From Bdellovibrionales bacterium (lineage in GTDB: Bacteria; Bdellovibrionota; Bdellovibrionia; Bdellovibrionales; JAUICD01): 64,000 nt of DNA. Position 1 is the stretch's first letter; each line of letters opens with the position of its first letter. The translations under genes were made by a program, and so were the position numbers. The notes beneath the pieces were generated by a model. It made no database searches. It was not told where the DNA came from and worked only from the letters and a program-made list of their open reading frames with translations. Positions 1 to 9,533 of this stretch are shown here, piece by piece. The stretch lies in NCBI GenBank assembly GCA_965203275.1, contig OZ241865.1, positions 2,144,001 through 2,208,000 of the forward strand. The letters are read 5' to 3'.

Positions 1-124
1 GTCGAATGATCAGATAGGTGTTCAGTTTAAACAAGAAGCTACCTGGATTAAAGAACTTTTTGCAGTGTGGCACCTTGAAGTAGCCAAAGAAAACTCAAAG
101 TCAAATCACCGCCCGACTTTGTAA
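1..124 (+). CDS. 3' end of a CDS entering the window, possibly a PilZ-domain C-terminus
   Basis: Frame 2 is open: SNDQIGVQFKQEATWIKELF...RPTL* with TAA at 122-124. IGVQF resembles the last PilZ strand. Confidence 0.35.
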   Translation, partial: SNDQIGVQFKQEATWIKELFAVWHLEVAKENSKSNHRPTL

Positions 125-204
125 GGTCATAGAGTTATATCTTGTCGATATTCTTGTTGATATTGATTTTGATATAACTCTGTCATTTGACGGAAATAAT
201 CTTA

Positions 205-294
205 TGGCGGAGAGGGTGAGATTCGAACTCACGGTGCCTTTGACAGCACACACGCATTCCAAACGTGCGGATTAGACCACTCTCCCACCTCTCC
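205..294 (-). tRNA. tRNA-Ser(GGA)
   Basis: Reverse complement GGAGAGG...CACGT-TTGGAAT-GCGTG...GTTCGAATC...CTCTCCGCCA. Anticodon GGA, long variable arm, encoded CCA. Confidence 0.96.
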
Positions 295-359
295 CTAAGT
301 ATTTATCATAACATTATATGCCTTTAAAATGGCTATATTTTTTATTTTAAAAAAAAAGC

Positions 360-386
360 TAAAGCTTTAACCATTTTCTCCGATAA
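360..386 (+). promoter_or_regulatory. putative sigma28 (FliA) promoter
   Basis: TAAA-N15-TCCGATAA upstream of the PilZ gene; consensus is TAAA-N15-GCCGATAA. Confidence 0.6.
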
Positions 387-486
387 GAATATAAAGACAC
401 TAAGAAAGGCTAATAAGTGATTCTGAAGTGAAACTGTATTTAGATAACAGTGAAAACAATTTATACAACATACCCTAGAGGGGAAA

Positions 487-1077
487 ATGGTCAAAAAAAG
501 AACTCTTAATCATCAAAAGAAGGCTACAAATGTTGTTTGGGTGGATTTTCAAAAGCAAGCCATAAAAAAAAATATGTCGGCTGATCTCATACCTAAAGAG
601 AAAAAGTCAACATCAAAGACATGGCCTATAACAGAAAATCACAATACACAAGAAATGCCTAATATCATTAATCTTTCTCCTAAAATTAATGAGGGTAGGC
701 GAAAAAAACGCCGTATTGTCATATCTGGACTAATGCATGCTGCCATTGTTGTTCCAGGAAAAGGCCTCATCAATCAAATAGAGCTTCATGATATTTCAGA
801 ATCAGGGGTTAGCTTTGATCTACCCTATAGTAGGAGTTTTAATGGACAAAAGCTGGCTATGAGAGTTTACTTAAATCCAGAAGATTTCTTCCATTTTAAT
901 ATTTTGATCACAGAAAATATTAGATATATACAAGAAGAAGGTGTGTATCGATATGGTGCAAAGCTTTTGCCCAATCATCGCAATAAAAAAGCCATCCAGA
1001 ATCTTGTTGATTTTATAGAATCTGTCAGTGGCATTCTCCATAAAGACCATGGTGAAATTCTTTTATATAAACAATAA
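487..1077 (+). CDS. PilZ domain protein (c-di-GMP receptor-like)
   Basis: RRKKRR followed by HDISESG (RxxxR...DxSxxG). Confidence 0.8.
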   Translation: MVKKRTLNHQKKATNVVWVDFQKQAIKKNMSADLIPKEKKSTSKTWPITENHNTQEMPNIINLSPKINEGRRKKRRIVISGLMHAAIVVPGKGLINQIELHDISESGVSFDLPYSRSFNGQKLAMRVYLNPEDFFHFNILITENIRYIQEEGVYRYGAKLLPNHRNKKAIQNLVDFIESVSGILHKDHGEILLYKQ

Positions 1078-1088
1078 AAGGTTCTTAC

Positions 1089-1808
1089 TTAAAGGGTATG
1101 GATCCATTCCTTATAGCTGTCATAGAGTTCTTCAGGTGAGTCAAAGGTCCACACAGGTCCTATATAAATAGTCAACTTTCCTCCAGGAGGTAAAAACCTT
1201 ACTCCTTTGGGCCACAGATCAAAAGATCCCTTTAAAAATAAAAATAACACAGGGGTTTGTGTCTTTTTGGCAATTAGATTGACCCCCCTTTTAAAAGGCT
1301 GCACTTTGCCATCTAAAGATCGAGTCCCTTCTGGAAAAATTAAAAGCCAAATTTTGTTTAATCTGCTTATCAAATCAATACACAATTTCAAAGATTGTCT
1401 TATATAACCAGACCTTTCAACAGGTACAGCTTGAATGCAATGTTTAGAAAAAAAAGTCATCCAAATATCTGAAAAAAAATAATCCTTTGCAACTGAGGTA
1501 TAAAAATATATCCAACCAGACAAAGGAATGACAGATGCAATAGCAATAGCATCTAAATGACTGGCATGGTTAGATACGATCAATAATTTTGGATATTTAG
1601 CAGTGAGAGTCTTTAAATCTTCACCTTTTACATCTAACCGAAGATAAAATTTAAAAAATATTTTCAAAATTTGCAACCATACAATTCTCAATAAAAAACT
1701 TGAAAGATCAAAATAATTTGTCACTAAGGGTAAATGACGTGTATATTTTGAAAGCCCCACCCATTGCTTGTTTTGATAAGACCATGCTCGAAAAGACTTT
1801 GCTTGCAT
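1089..1808 (-). CDS. lysophospholipid/1-acyl-sn-glycerol-3-phosphate acyltransferase (PlsC family)
   Basis: NHASHLD (NHxxxxD) and FPEGTRS motifs. Confidence 0.9.
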   Translation of the reverse strand: MQAKSFRAWSYQNKQWVGLSKYTRHLPLVTNYFDLSSFLLRIVWLQILKIFFKFYLRLDVKGEDLKTLTAKYPKLLIVSNHASHLDAIAIASVIPLSGWIYFYTSVAKDYFFSDIWMTFFSKHCIQAVPVERSGYIRQSLKLCIDLISRLNKIWLLIFPEGTRSLDGKVQPFKRGVNLIAKKTQTPVLFLFLKGSFDLWPKGVRFLPPGGKLTIYIGPVWTFDSPEELYDSYKEWIHTL

Positions 1809-1831
1809 TTTCTACACCCTGCACCAAAAGA

Positions 1832-2605
1832 TTATATTTTATTTTGATTTAAACTTAAAAACAAACCCTTTAATACTAAGTCAGGGTCAATACTGTGAAA
1901 AACATCTTGATTATAAAATAAACTAGAAAAGCCTCCTGTCCCTATGACAAAGGGAGACTCATTATCAAAGGCCTCTCTTGTAATAGCTTTAACAATCTCT
2001 TTAACTATGCCTAATGTGCCATAATAAAGTCCTGATTGAATACTTTCTACAGTAGATCGTCCAATCACTGTTTGAGGACGGATAATTTCTACCTTTGGCA
2101 ATTTTGCTGTGTTTTCTTCTAAGGCTTTCATAGAAATTTTTAGACCAGGTGAGATCACCCCTCCTAAATATTCTTGCTTTTTAGATAAGATACAAAAAGT
2201 AATGGCTGTACCAAAATCAATCACAATAATATTTTTGTGAGGATGAAGGTGCATTGCTGCAATGCTGTTGGCAATTCTGTCAGAACCTACCTCAATGGGA
2301 TTATGGTATTTGATTTTGATACCACTTTTAACTCCTGGTTGCAGAATAAAGGCTGGTTTTGTAAAATATTTTTTACAGCAGTTGTTGAGAGAATGCAACA
2401 AATCTGGTACAACACAACAAAAAGCAACATCTTGAATATGATCAGGGTTTATGTCATTTTCCCTTAAAACACCCTTTAAAAATAAACCCATATCATCAGA
2501 AGAGCTATTATTTAAAGTGTTTTTACGAAATCTCAATTTAAGATTTCCATCTTGAAAAACCCCACCAAAAATTTGAGAATTTCCTACATCAAGACATAAA
2601 ATCAT
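1832..2605 (-). CDS. coaX: type III pantothenate kinase
   Basis: LDVGNS, GSDR, DFGTA, GGVISPG and TGG motifs. Confidence 0.95.
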   Translation of the reverse strand: MILCLDVGNSQIFGGVFQDGNLKLRFRKNTLNNSSSDDMGLFLKGVLRENDINPDHIQDVAFCCVVPDLLHSLNNCCKKYFTKPAFILQPGVKSGIKIKYHNPIEVGSDRIANSIAAMHLHPHKNIIVIDFGTAITFCILSKKQEYLGGVISPGLKISMKALEENTAKLPKVEIIRPQTVIGRSTVESIQSGLYYGTLGIVKEIVKAITREAFDNESPFVIGTGGFSSLFYNQDVFHSIDPDLVLKGLFLSLNQNKI

Positions 2606-2841
2606 TTGTGACCTTCCACATTTCGTTTTTTTATATCAAAATCATATAGATTTAACAAACAATATTTGTAACGAAGAATATTATCTTTAAATACTGCTCT
2701 GTACCTGAAGTGATAAAAAATATAAATGTTTTTTAAATCTTTGGTAGGCTATTCTCAGTGAAAGATGATTTTTTATTGACAGGTAGGGAGTATTTTGGTA
2801 CATTCCTTACAAGTTTTTATAGTTTATAGGGAATAAAATTT

Positions 2842-3315
2842 ATGAAAGACTTACAAGTTTTTGAACTTTTAAAAAAGCATCAGCAAACTGTGGGCTTTGC
2901 CGAAAGCTGTACAGGTGGGATGCTGTCTTCTGCGTTCACTGAGGTGGAAGGCATATCGGCTGTTTTTAAGGGATCTGTAATAGCTTATTGTGATGAAGTT
3001 AAAACAAAACTTCTTAAAGTAGATGCAACACATCTTAAAAAGCAAGGTCCTTACAATCAAGAAACTGCAAAACAAATGGCAGAAGGTCTTAAAAAGCAAA
3101 TACAATCTGATTGGTCTGTAGCGACTACAGGTATTGCAAGTCCTATCCCTGGCCAAGAACAAAATACAGGTCTTGTGTATTTTGCTGTGGTGGGACCTAA
3201 AAACTTTATCGAAACATCACAAAAATATTTTAATGGCACAAGAGATCAGGTGATCTCGCAAGCTGTTTTAGAGTCCATGACATTGTTAAAAAAAAGCATG
3301 GAAGGGAACAGCTAG
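2842..3315 (+). CDS. pncC: CinA C-terminal domain / NMN amidohydrolase PncC
   Basis: AESCTGG, KTKLL, TTGIASP and GLVYFAV motifs. Confidence 0.85.
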   Translation: MKDLQVFELLKKHQQTVGFAESCTGGMLSSAFTEVEGISAVFKGSVIAYCDEVKTKLLKVDATHLKKQGPYNQETAKQMAEGLKKQIQSDWSVATTGIASPIPGQEQNTGLVYFAVVGPKNFIETSQKYFNGTRDQVISQAVLESMTLLKKSMEGNS

Positions 3316-3392
3316 TGTGTTTTTAAAAGAGATTTGTCAGAGTAGCCGAAGGTGGTCAATGAAGCGATGAGAAACGAGAGTACTCTCTTCTA

Positions 3393-3465
3393 GGATCCGG
3401 GATCTGGGATCTGGCAACCCGGCATCCCGGGTTCTAGGACCTGATGCCGGGTTGCTGGATCCCGG
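3393..3465. repeat. GC-rich GGATCCG/GGATCTG heptamer repeats with a hairpin (CAACCCGGCATC...GATGCCGGGTTG)
   Basis: Read directly. Related motifs at 51283-51312 and 51525-51562. Confidence 0.7.
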
Positions 3466-3480
3466 AGGAAGTATTTTTTT

Positions 3481-3699
3481 TTTTTTATTCTCTTTTAGAT
3501 TCTGCTTAACTCTCAAACAAAAAGTAATTAGGTAGAGGATGGGGCAACGGGAGACTGAAGATCTTCCGCAAATTGAGCTTGCTCCTTAAAAGCAAGCTCA
3601 ATTGAGGACTTCGGAAGGCTCCCGTTGCCCCATCCTCAAGTAAAAATAAAATGGAAAAGCAGAATCGAAGGGCGGTGGGTGGGGTTAGGGAGTTGTTTC
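3481..3699 (+). repeat. structured intergenic element family B, copy 1
   Basis: Nested inverted repeats GATTCTGC/GCAGAATC, GAGGATGGGGCAACGGGAG/CTCCCGTTGCCCCATCCTC, CTTCCG/CGGAAG and AATTGAGCTTGCT/AGCAAGCTCAATT, then a G-rich tail. Homologue at 51006-51225. Confidence 0.8.
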
Positions 3700-4700
3700 A
3701 CTCAAAGTGAACGGACTTTTTAGGTAGCCAGCCTTGATGAAGGAACTTTTTCCTTAACATTTCACTCAAAATGAACCACACCTCTGGTGTGTTTTTTGGT
3801 GTTGCCTGCAAAGGCTTACGCCTTTGACAAAATAGGCAACACCTAAAAAATCTGTTCATTTTGAGTAGGGAGGATCCACTCGTCTCTTTACACGATGTTA
3901 AGGAAAAAGAGTTTCATTTGTAAAGTCGCTTGCTCCTGAGGTAATAAAAGAAATTTTCCCTAACATGGTGTAAAGGAATAAAAGGATCCTCTTTTACTCA
4001 AAATAAATGAATTTTCTAGGCAGTTAGCCTTTGATCGACGGCGAAAGCCGTCGGGCTAACCATTAGAAGGATGTTTTCCTTAACATGTAGTCAAAAAACG
4101 AAGAGATCCTCCCTACTCAAAGTGAACAGGCTTTTGAGACAATGACCATTTTGTCAAAGGCGAAAGCCTTTGCGGTCATTGTCCAAAAGTGGCCAGAGGC
4201 CAGTTCACTTTGAGTGAAAAAGAGGCTGGTTTATTTTTAGTGAACCTTGATGAAGGAACTTTTTCCTTAACATGGTGTTAAGAAACGAAGAGATCCTCCC
4301 TACTCAAAGTGAACAGGCTTTTGAGACAATGACCATTTTGTCCTTAACATGGTGTTAAGAAACGAAAGATCCTCCCTACTCAAAGTGAACAGGCTTTTGA
4401 GACAATGACCATTTTGTCAAAGGCGAAAGCCTTTGCGGTCATTGTCCAAAAGTGGCCAGAGGCCAGTTCACTTTGAGTGAAAAAGAGGCTGGTTTATTTT
4501 TAGTGAACCTTGATGAAGGAACTTTTTCCTTAACATGGTGTTAAGAAACGAAGAGATCCTCCCTACTCAAAGTGAACAGGCTTTTGAGACAATGACCATT
4601 TTGTCAAAGGCGAAAGCCTTTGCGGTCATTGTCCAAAAGTGGCCAGAGGCCAGTTCACTTTGAGTGAAAAAGAGGCATGATGCATTTTGAGTGAAAAAGA
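3693..4700. repeat. cluster of structured element family A (full and partial copies, both orientations)
   Basis: Reverse copy ~3760-3905; forward copies ~3958-4070, 4078-4220, 4265-4341 (truncated), 4342-4480 and 4528-4670. Confidence 0.9.
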
Positions 4701-4780
4701 TAAGCAGGCTTGACTCTTTTAAGGAAACATGAGATTAATCTTTGCATTCAAGGAAAAAAGCTTATATATTAAAGCATCAA

Positions 4781-4825
4781 TAAAATAAAACCATGTAAAA
4801 TAAAACCATGTAAACTAAAACCATG
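4781..4825 (+). repeat. 15-bp tandem repeat x3 (TAAAATAAAACCATG-like) upstream of tatA
   Basis: Read directly. Confidence 0.75.
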
Positions 4826-4843
4826 AAAACCAGGAGGCTATTT

Positions 4844-5038
4844 ATGAGTCCAAGCTTACCTCAAATTCTCATTATATTAGCAATTGTGTTATTGATTTTT
4901 GGTCCTAAAAGGATCCCCGGTATAGGCCGTTCCTTAGGGCAAGCCCTGAGAGGTTTTAAAAAAGGAGTGACGGGGGAAGATGAAGGAGACAAAGCCTATC
5001 AAAATCAAAATGACAACTCGGGCAACAAAAATGAGTAA
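4844..5038 (+). CDS. tatA: twin-arginine translocase TatA/E subunit
   Basis: TM helix plus LIFGPKRIPGIGRSLGQALRGFK; GGAGG RBS before ATG 4844. Confidence 0.93.
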   Translation: MSPSLPQILIILAIVLLIFGPKRIPGIGRSLGQALRGFKKGVTGEDEGDKAYQNQNDNSGNKNE

Positions 5039-5654
5039 ATTTATTTTAAAAGATCGCAATGAAATTCATATTGCTAGAAAATTACTTCATATTATAGGTG
5101 TGGGTATTATTCTAGGTTTTTATCTCTATCTATCCAGAAATGACTCTTTATTTTTTTTAATGCTGACGACAGTATTTCTCTTTACTGTTGAACTGTTAAG
5201 AAAAAAAGTGCCTTTTATTCAAAATATGGTTTTACATGCTTTTAGTCACGTTATGCGAAAAGAAGAAATCAATGGATTTTCAGGCATTTCTTGGCTTTTT
5301 ATTGGTATTTTTATTATTGTTTATCTTTTCCCTATAGAAGTGGTCACCCTATCTCTTTTGATGTTAGGTATAGGAGACCCCGTATGCAATATCATAGGCA
5401 TTAAATATGGTACAGATAAACTAATAGGAAATAAAAGCTTGCAAGGCACCTTAGCTGGTTTTGTAGCTTGCACTATTGTCTCTGCCGTTTATTTTATGCT
5501 GATGGATATTATGTTAGATAGATGGGTGTTGGTAAGCTTACTGTCTGGTTCTATTGGAGCTTTTGCTGAAGCTGTCCCCTTATATTTAGACGATAATTTT
5601 GTTATTCCTGTCATTAATGGCTTGTTATTATGGGGATTATTTATGCTTTTTTGA
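5031..5654 (+). CDS. dolichol/phytol kinase-like polytopic membrane protein (CTP_transf_1 clan)
   Basis: RKLLH, GIGDP, KSLQGTLAG and DDNF motifs. Start set at ATG 5031, overlapping the tatA stop. Confidence 0.85.
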   Translation: MSKFILKDRNEIHIARKLLHIIGVGIILGFYLYLSRNDSLFFLMLTTVFLFTVELLRKKVPFIQNMVLHAFSHVMRKEEINGFSGISWLFIGIFIIVYLFPIEVVTLSLLMLGIGDPVCNIIGIKYGTDKLIGNKSLQGTLAGFVACTIVSAVYFMLMDIMLDRWVLVSLLSGSIGAFAEAVPLYLDDNFVIPVINGLLLWGLFMLF

Positions 5655-5884
5655 TAAAATTTGAATAAATTTTAGATAAGCTTTGAATAAAATATATTTT
5701 ATAAAAGATACCTATTACTTTCTATTGCTACAGCTATTACATATTGTCAATGATGGCAAAAAAAGAGCATGAAACAGAGAGCATGAATCCAATAAACAAA
5801 GCTTGTAAAAAACTTAAATAATAGGTTTAATGAAAGGAATTTAAAACCAAATAAATAAAAAGAGAGAACAGAAAGGGAAAATAC

Positions 5885-6343
5885 ATGAAAAAAGTCAAAA
5901 AAGCTTTTGGTTTATTTTTTTTAGTTATTATTGGTCTTTTGGTGTGGGATATATGGTTCGTGCCGAGCCAATCAGATTTATTTTTTAAACTTTGGGCAGA
6001 AGATCTTAGACAATTGCAACAGGAAGGAAAACTACCTGATACTTTGCAAAATGTGCGTGAGGTTTCTATACAAACTATCAATCAAGAGGCTACAGATTTG
6101 ATGAATAAAGGAAATTCTCCTTTTGTAGATCGACCTGATGGCAGTATGATCTTAGAAATCCTTGTTGATGTTTGGCAGGATGAAGAAGCTGAACATCCAC
6201 AAAGAGGTGTCTTTCTTCAGTATGATCTCATTGCCGAGGATGGCAACACTATTTGGGAGTTATCTAGGACAATCATGTTACCAGATACTCCATCTCTCAT
6301 TCTATCTTGGCTTCCTGAGCTTTTCCCTGAGGTTTCAGAATAA
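5885..6343 (+). CDS. hypothetical protein with N-terminal TM anchor
   Basis: 152 aa ORF with an RBS-like GGGA and a hydrophobic N-terminus. Confidence 0.7.
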   Translation: MKKVKKAFGLFFLVIIGLLVWDIWFVPSQSDLFFKLWAEDLRQLQQEGKLPDTLQNVREVSIQTINQEATDLMNKGNSPFVDRPDGSMILEILVDVWQDEEAEHPQRGVFLQYDLIAEDGNTIWELSRTIMLPDTPSLILSWLPELFPEVSE

Positions 6344-6360
6344 ATTCAGAGAAAAGCTTA

Positions 6361-6612
6361 CTAATCGCGTCTGAGATTTATAGCTAAGTCATCTGTTGCT
6401 ACTGTCATAGAAAAATTCTCAAAAACAGGCTGAGCTTCTTCTGTGGTTATAGCTAAAGGGACCTGCATTAAAGAGGCTTGCATAGAAGAGTCTACAGTGT
6501 TTTGAGGTAACTCTGAAGAAACATAAGCAACAGCTAAACTAAAAACTGCACCAACAAAAATCAAAGAAATAGACCTAAAAATCTTTTCTGTAATATATAC
6601 ATTCTTATTCAT
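6361..6612 (-). CDS. small hypothetical membrane/secreted protein
   Basis: AGGAG RBS and one TM segment. Confidence 0.6.
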   Translation of the reverse strand: MNKNVYITEKIFRSISLIFVGAVFSLAVAYVSSELPQNTVDSSMQASLMQVPLAITTEEAQPVFENFSMTVATDDLAINLRRD

Positions 6613-6873
6613 AATTAATACTCCTTATACGTTCTGTAAATCACTTTATAAATTCTACTATTTAAGTAGCAAATTTCTTGCCAACAAAAAATACTCGATT
6701 TAACACCATCAAAGTATGATCATTTGCATATCATCCCACAAAGAAGTATAAATTAGAGACATTTTTTGTCAAAGACTGACATATTTTGTCCATCAAAAGC
6801 ACTTTAAGTGACAAATGATCACCTTCTAAATAATCAAAACTCCAGTGATGGAGCTAAAATTCTATATAGATGT

Positions 6874-7058
6874 CCTGAGTTTGACAGTTGATTTGCAGAT
6901 GTGGATATCTTTTTTTTAAAGAATACTTTATTTATAGGTGTTAGAGGGATTTATAAGCTTGAATTTTTGGGATTTTGTAAAAAATCCTAGTGACACAAAA
7001 TCTCTTTCGACTCATAACCTACTGCTCAACTTTATTTTTGCAGGCTATCAAACTCAGG
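6874..7058. mobile_element. MITE (non-autonomous IS derivative), copy 1, 185 bp
   Basis: Terminal inverted repeats CCTGAGTTTGACAG...CTATCAAACTCAGG. Near-identical copy at 49531-49721. No transposase. Confidence 0.85.
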
Positions 7059-7079
7059 AAGACCAATTCTATTTATCCT

Positions 7080-7106
7080 TAAGTAAATCCAAAGACCTGC
7101 CGATAA
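7080..7106 (+). promoter_or_regulatory. putative sigma28 promoter of ankyrin gene 1
   Basis: TAAG-N15-GCCGATAA. Confidence 0.7.
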
Positions 7107-7149
7107 AGTATTTAGATAGCAATTTAATCTTTATAAAGGTAGGTATAAA

Positions 7150-7953
7150 ATGCATAGAAAAAAGAAAGTTTATTTATCGTTAGTATTATTTGGTTTGTCT
7201 TGTGTGGCCTTCGGGTTTAACAACTGTAAGAAAAGTAAAGTAGCAAATCAGACATCAAGCTCCACAATGACACACACAAGCCCATCACCAACTCCAACAC
7301 CAGCCTCGGATCCAATACCATTATTTCCAGCTCCAACATACGCTTGCAATCAAGATTATGGTATGAGTTTATATAGAGCTGTTTCAAATGGTGATATAGA
7401 GACTGTAAAGGATTTGCTAGAGACCGGAGCCGATCCTAACAAAGGACATGATCAGGTTTTAACGGCCTCTATTAAACATATAAATATTTTCAAGTTATTG
7501 CTAAAAACTTGTATTGATGTTGATAAAAAAGATCATCAAGGCAGTACGGCTTTAATATGGGCTAGTGGACTAAAGGCAAACATTGAAGCTGTAAAGTTAT
7601 TGCTAGCGGCCGGAGCGGACGTCGATGTTCAAGATACCTTTGGCTATACGGCTTTAATAATGGCTAGTGATAAAGAAAAGCTTGAAATTGTCAGGCTGTT
7701 GCTAGAGGCCGATGCCAATACAGACTTTAAATCGGCTAACGTAGGCTATACGGCCTTAATGTATGCTATTCAAAGAGGTGATATAGAGATTGTAGAGCTA
7801 TTGCTAGAGGCCGGTGCCGATCTCCATATTCAAAATAACTCTGGCCGGACAGCTTTATCAATGGCTAAATCGAGAGTTAGTTTAGGTGGAGATTATACCG
7901 GTATTGTAAGGCTATTAAAGTACAAAATAAACCCGCCGAGGCTTACAGATTAA
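7150..7953 (+). CDS. ankyrin-repeat secreted protein/lipoprotein
   Basis: Signal ending AFGFNNC, a P/T linker and repeated GxTALxxA...IVxLLLxAGAD. Confidence 0.92.
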   Translation: MHRKKKVYLSLVLFGLSCVAFGFNNCKKSKVANQTSSSTMTHTSPSPTPTPASDPIPLFPAPTYACNQDYGMSLYRAVSNGDIETVKDLLETGADPNKGHDQVLTASIKHINIFKLLLKTCIDVDKKDHQGSTALIWASGLKANIEAVKLLLAAGADVDVQDTFGYTALIMASDKEKLEIVRLLLEADANTDFKSANVGYTALMYAIQRGDIEIVELLLEAGADLHIQNNSGRTALSMAKSRVSLGGDYTGIVRLLKYKINPPRLTD

Positions 7954-7972
7954 GACCAATTATATTTATCCT

Positions 7973-7999
7973 TAAGTAAGTCAAAAGCCCTGCCGATAG
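7973..7999 (+). promoter_or_regulatory. putative sigma28 promoter of ankyrin gene 2
   Basis: TAAG-N15-GCCGATAG inside a duplicated upstream block. Confidence 0.65.
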
Positions 8000-8040
8000 A
8001 GTATTTAGATAGCCATTTACTATCTAAAGGTCGGTACAAA

Positions 8041-8733
8041 ATTCCTAGAAAACAGAAAGCTTATTTATCGTTATTATTGTTTGTTTTATCTTGTTTGGCA
8101 TTCGGGTTTAACAATTGTTATAAAGATAAGTTAGACAAGGTCGAAAGCCAGACATCTAGCTCTAAGATGACACACACAAACCCATCACCAATTCAAAGTT
8201 CAACACCGACCATAAACCCATCACCAAATCCCGAAGCAAATCAATCGCTAATCGAAGCCGTATGGGAAGGGAATATCAGTAAAGTAAGAGATGCCTTAAA
8301 TAATGGAGCGAACATTAATTTTCGTTGCAATGATGGCTATGCCAGTACGGCTTTAATGGTTGCTGTTAGAATGGGTGATATAGAGATTGTAGAGCTATTG
8401 CTAGAGGCCGGAGCCAACGTCAATGCTCAAGACATTAATGGCAAGACGGCTTTAATGTGGACATCTTCAATAGCCTTTACTTATTATTTAACATATTGGC
8501 CAGCTATAACGAAAATGAATCTTTGTACTGGTCTTCCTTGCAATGATACTCAGGGACCAATAAGAGAAAATGAACAAAACGTGGAACGTCTTAATATTGC
8601 AAAGTTATTGCTAGAGGCCGGAGCGGATGTCAATCTTCAAGACAACACTGGCAAGACGGCTTTATATTATGCTAGATCAGAAGATCAAGAGGATATTGTA
8701 AGGCTATTAAAAGAGTCCGGAGCTACAGAATAA
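8041..8733 (+). CDS. ankyrin-repeat lipoprotein paralogue (ATG replaced by ATT at 8041; alternative TTG start at 8077)
   Basis: Ankyrin repeats. The leader is homologous to the 7150 gene, but AAAATGCATAGA has become AAAATTCCTAGA. Confidence 0.85.
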   Translation: MPRKQKAYLSLLLFVLSCLAFGFNNCYKDKLDKVESQTSSSKMTHTNPSPIQSSTPTINPSPNPEANQSLIEAVWEGNISKVRDALNNGANINFRCNDGYASTALMVAVRMGDIEIVELLLEAGANVNAQDINGKTALMWTSSIAFTYYLTYWPAITKMNLCTGLPCNDTQGPIRENEQNVERLNIAKLLLEAGADVNLQDNTGKTALYYARSEDQEDIVRLLKESGATE

Positions 8734-8816
8734 TACCAATTCTATAAAGCCATGTATCTTTTGACTTTCTTAAAGCTGTGTTGCACTTTAAAGTAAGCTA
8801 GAGTGGGAGACACAGC

Positions 8817-9506
8817 TTGAATATCAAACAATATGTAGCTTATTATAGAGTATCAACATCAAGGCAAACTATTGGCTTGCAAGCTCAAGAGACAATGGTC
8901 AAAGCCTATCTTAAAGATCAATGGCCCCCTATCAAGTCATTCACAGAAAAGGAAAGTGGCAAGTGTGATAAGAATCGACCGCAATTGCAATTGGCTTTGG
9001 AGTATTGCCAACAGCACAAGGCTACTTTGATAGTGGCTACATTGAGTCGATTAAGTCGGGATTTGCATTTTATAACGTCTCTATCCAAATCTAAGATAGA
9101 TTTTGTATGTTGTGATATGCCGGATGCAACACCATTGACAATAAACTTGATGGGAGCAATAGCTCAATATGAAAGAGAAACTATATCTAAGAGGACAAAG
9201 CGGGCTTTGGAAGAGTTAAAAAGTCGTGGGGTAGAACTTGGAGCAAATAATCCTAAGGTAAGGGCAGGTCTTGAGAAATATCGTGAAAGACAAAAAAAAG
9301 AACAAGATAACAAGGTAAAGCCTCAAAAAGTTAAAGCAAACTCTCAAATAAATGAACCATCAAAGATCGAGCAAGCTGATCAAAAACATATTCAAGCATT
9401 ACAAATATTGAGACGAAACAAACATTCATGGAAAAGGATTGCCTACGAATTTAACCTGCACGGGTTTCAAACACGTTTAGAGGCAAGTGGCATCGAACAT
9501 CAATGA
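8817..9506 (+). CDS. serine recombinase (resolvase/invertase family); C-terminal tip probably frameshifted
   Basis: YYRVST catalytic Ser, ESG..RPQL, LSRLSR and ERETISKRTK. A GKWHRTS motif lies in an adjacent frame at ~9482-9503. Confidence 0.9.
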   Translation: MNIKQYVAYYRVSTSRQTIGLQAQETMVKAYLKDQWPPIKSFTEKESGKCDKNRPQLQLALEYCQQHKATLIVATLSRLSRDLHFITSLSKSKIDFVCCDMPDATPLTINLMGAIAQYERETISKRTKRALEELKSRGVELGANNPKVRAGLEKYRERQKKEQDNKVKPQKVKANSQINEPSKIEQADQKHIQALQILRRNKHSWKRIAYEFNLHGFQTRLEASGIEHQ

Positions 9507-9533
9507 CGTAACGTATAAGAGAAAGGACTTTTA

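Noticed and set aside
205..294. tRNA-Ser as an island attachment site
   Set aside because: No integrase nearby and no duplicated tRNA 3' end noticed in the window.
3555..3620. Hammerhead ribozyme (CTGAAGA)
   Set aside because: The second copy reads CTGGAGA and no correctly placed GAAA core is seen.
6938..7183. 81-aa ORF, and the N-terminal extension of 49140-49613
   Set aside because: Both are read-through from MITE sequence.
7150..8733. Diversity-generating retroelement among the paralogous repeats
   Set aside because: No reverse transcriptase in the window and the differences are not adenine-specific.
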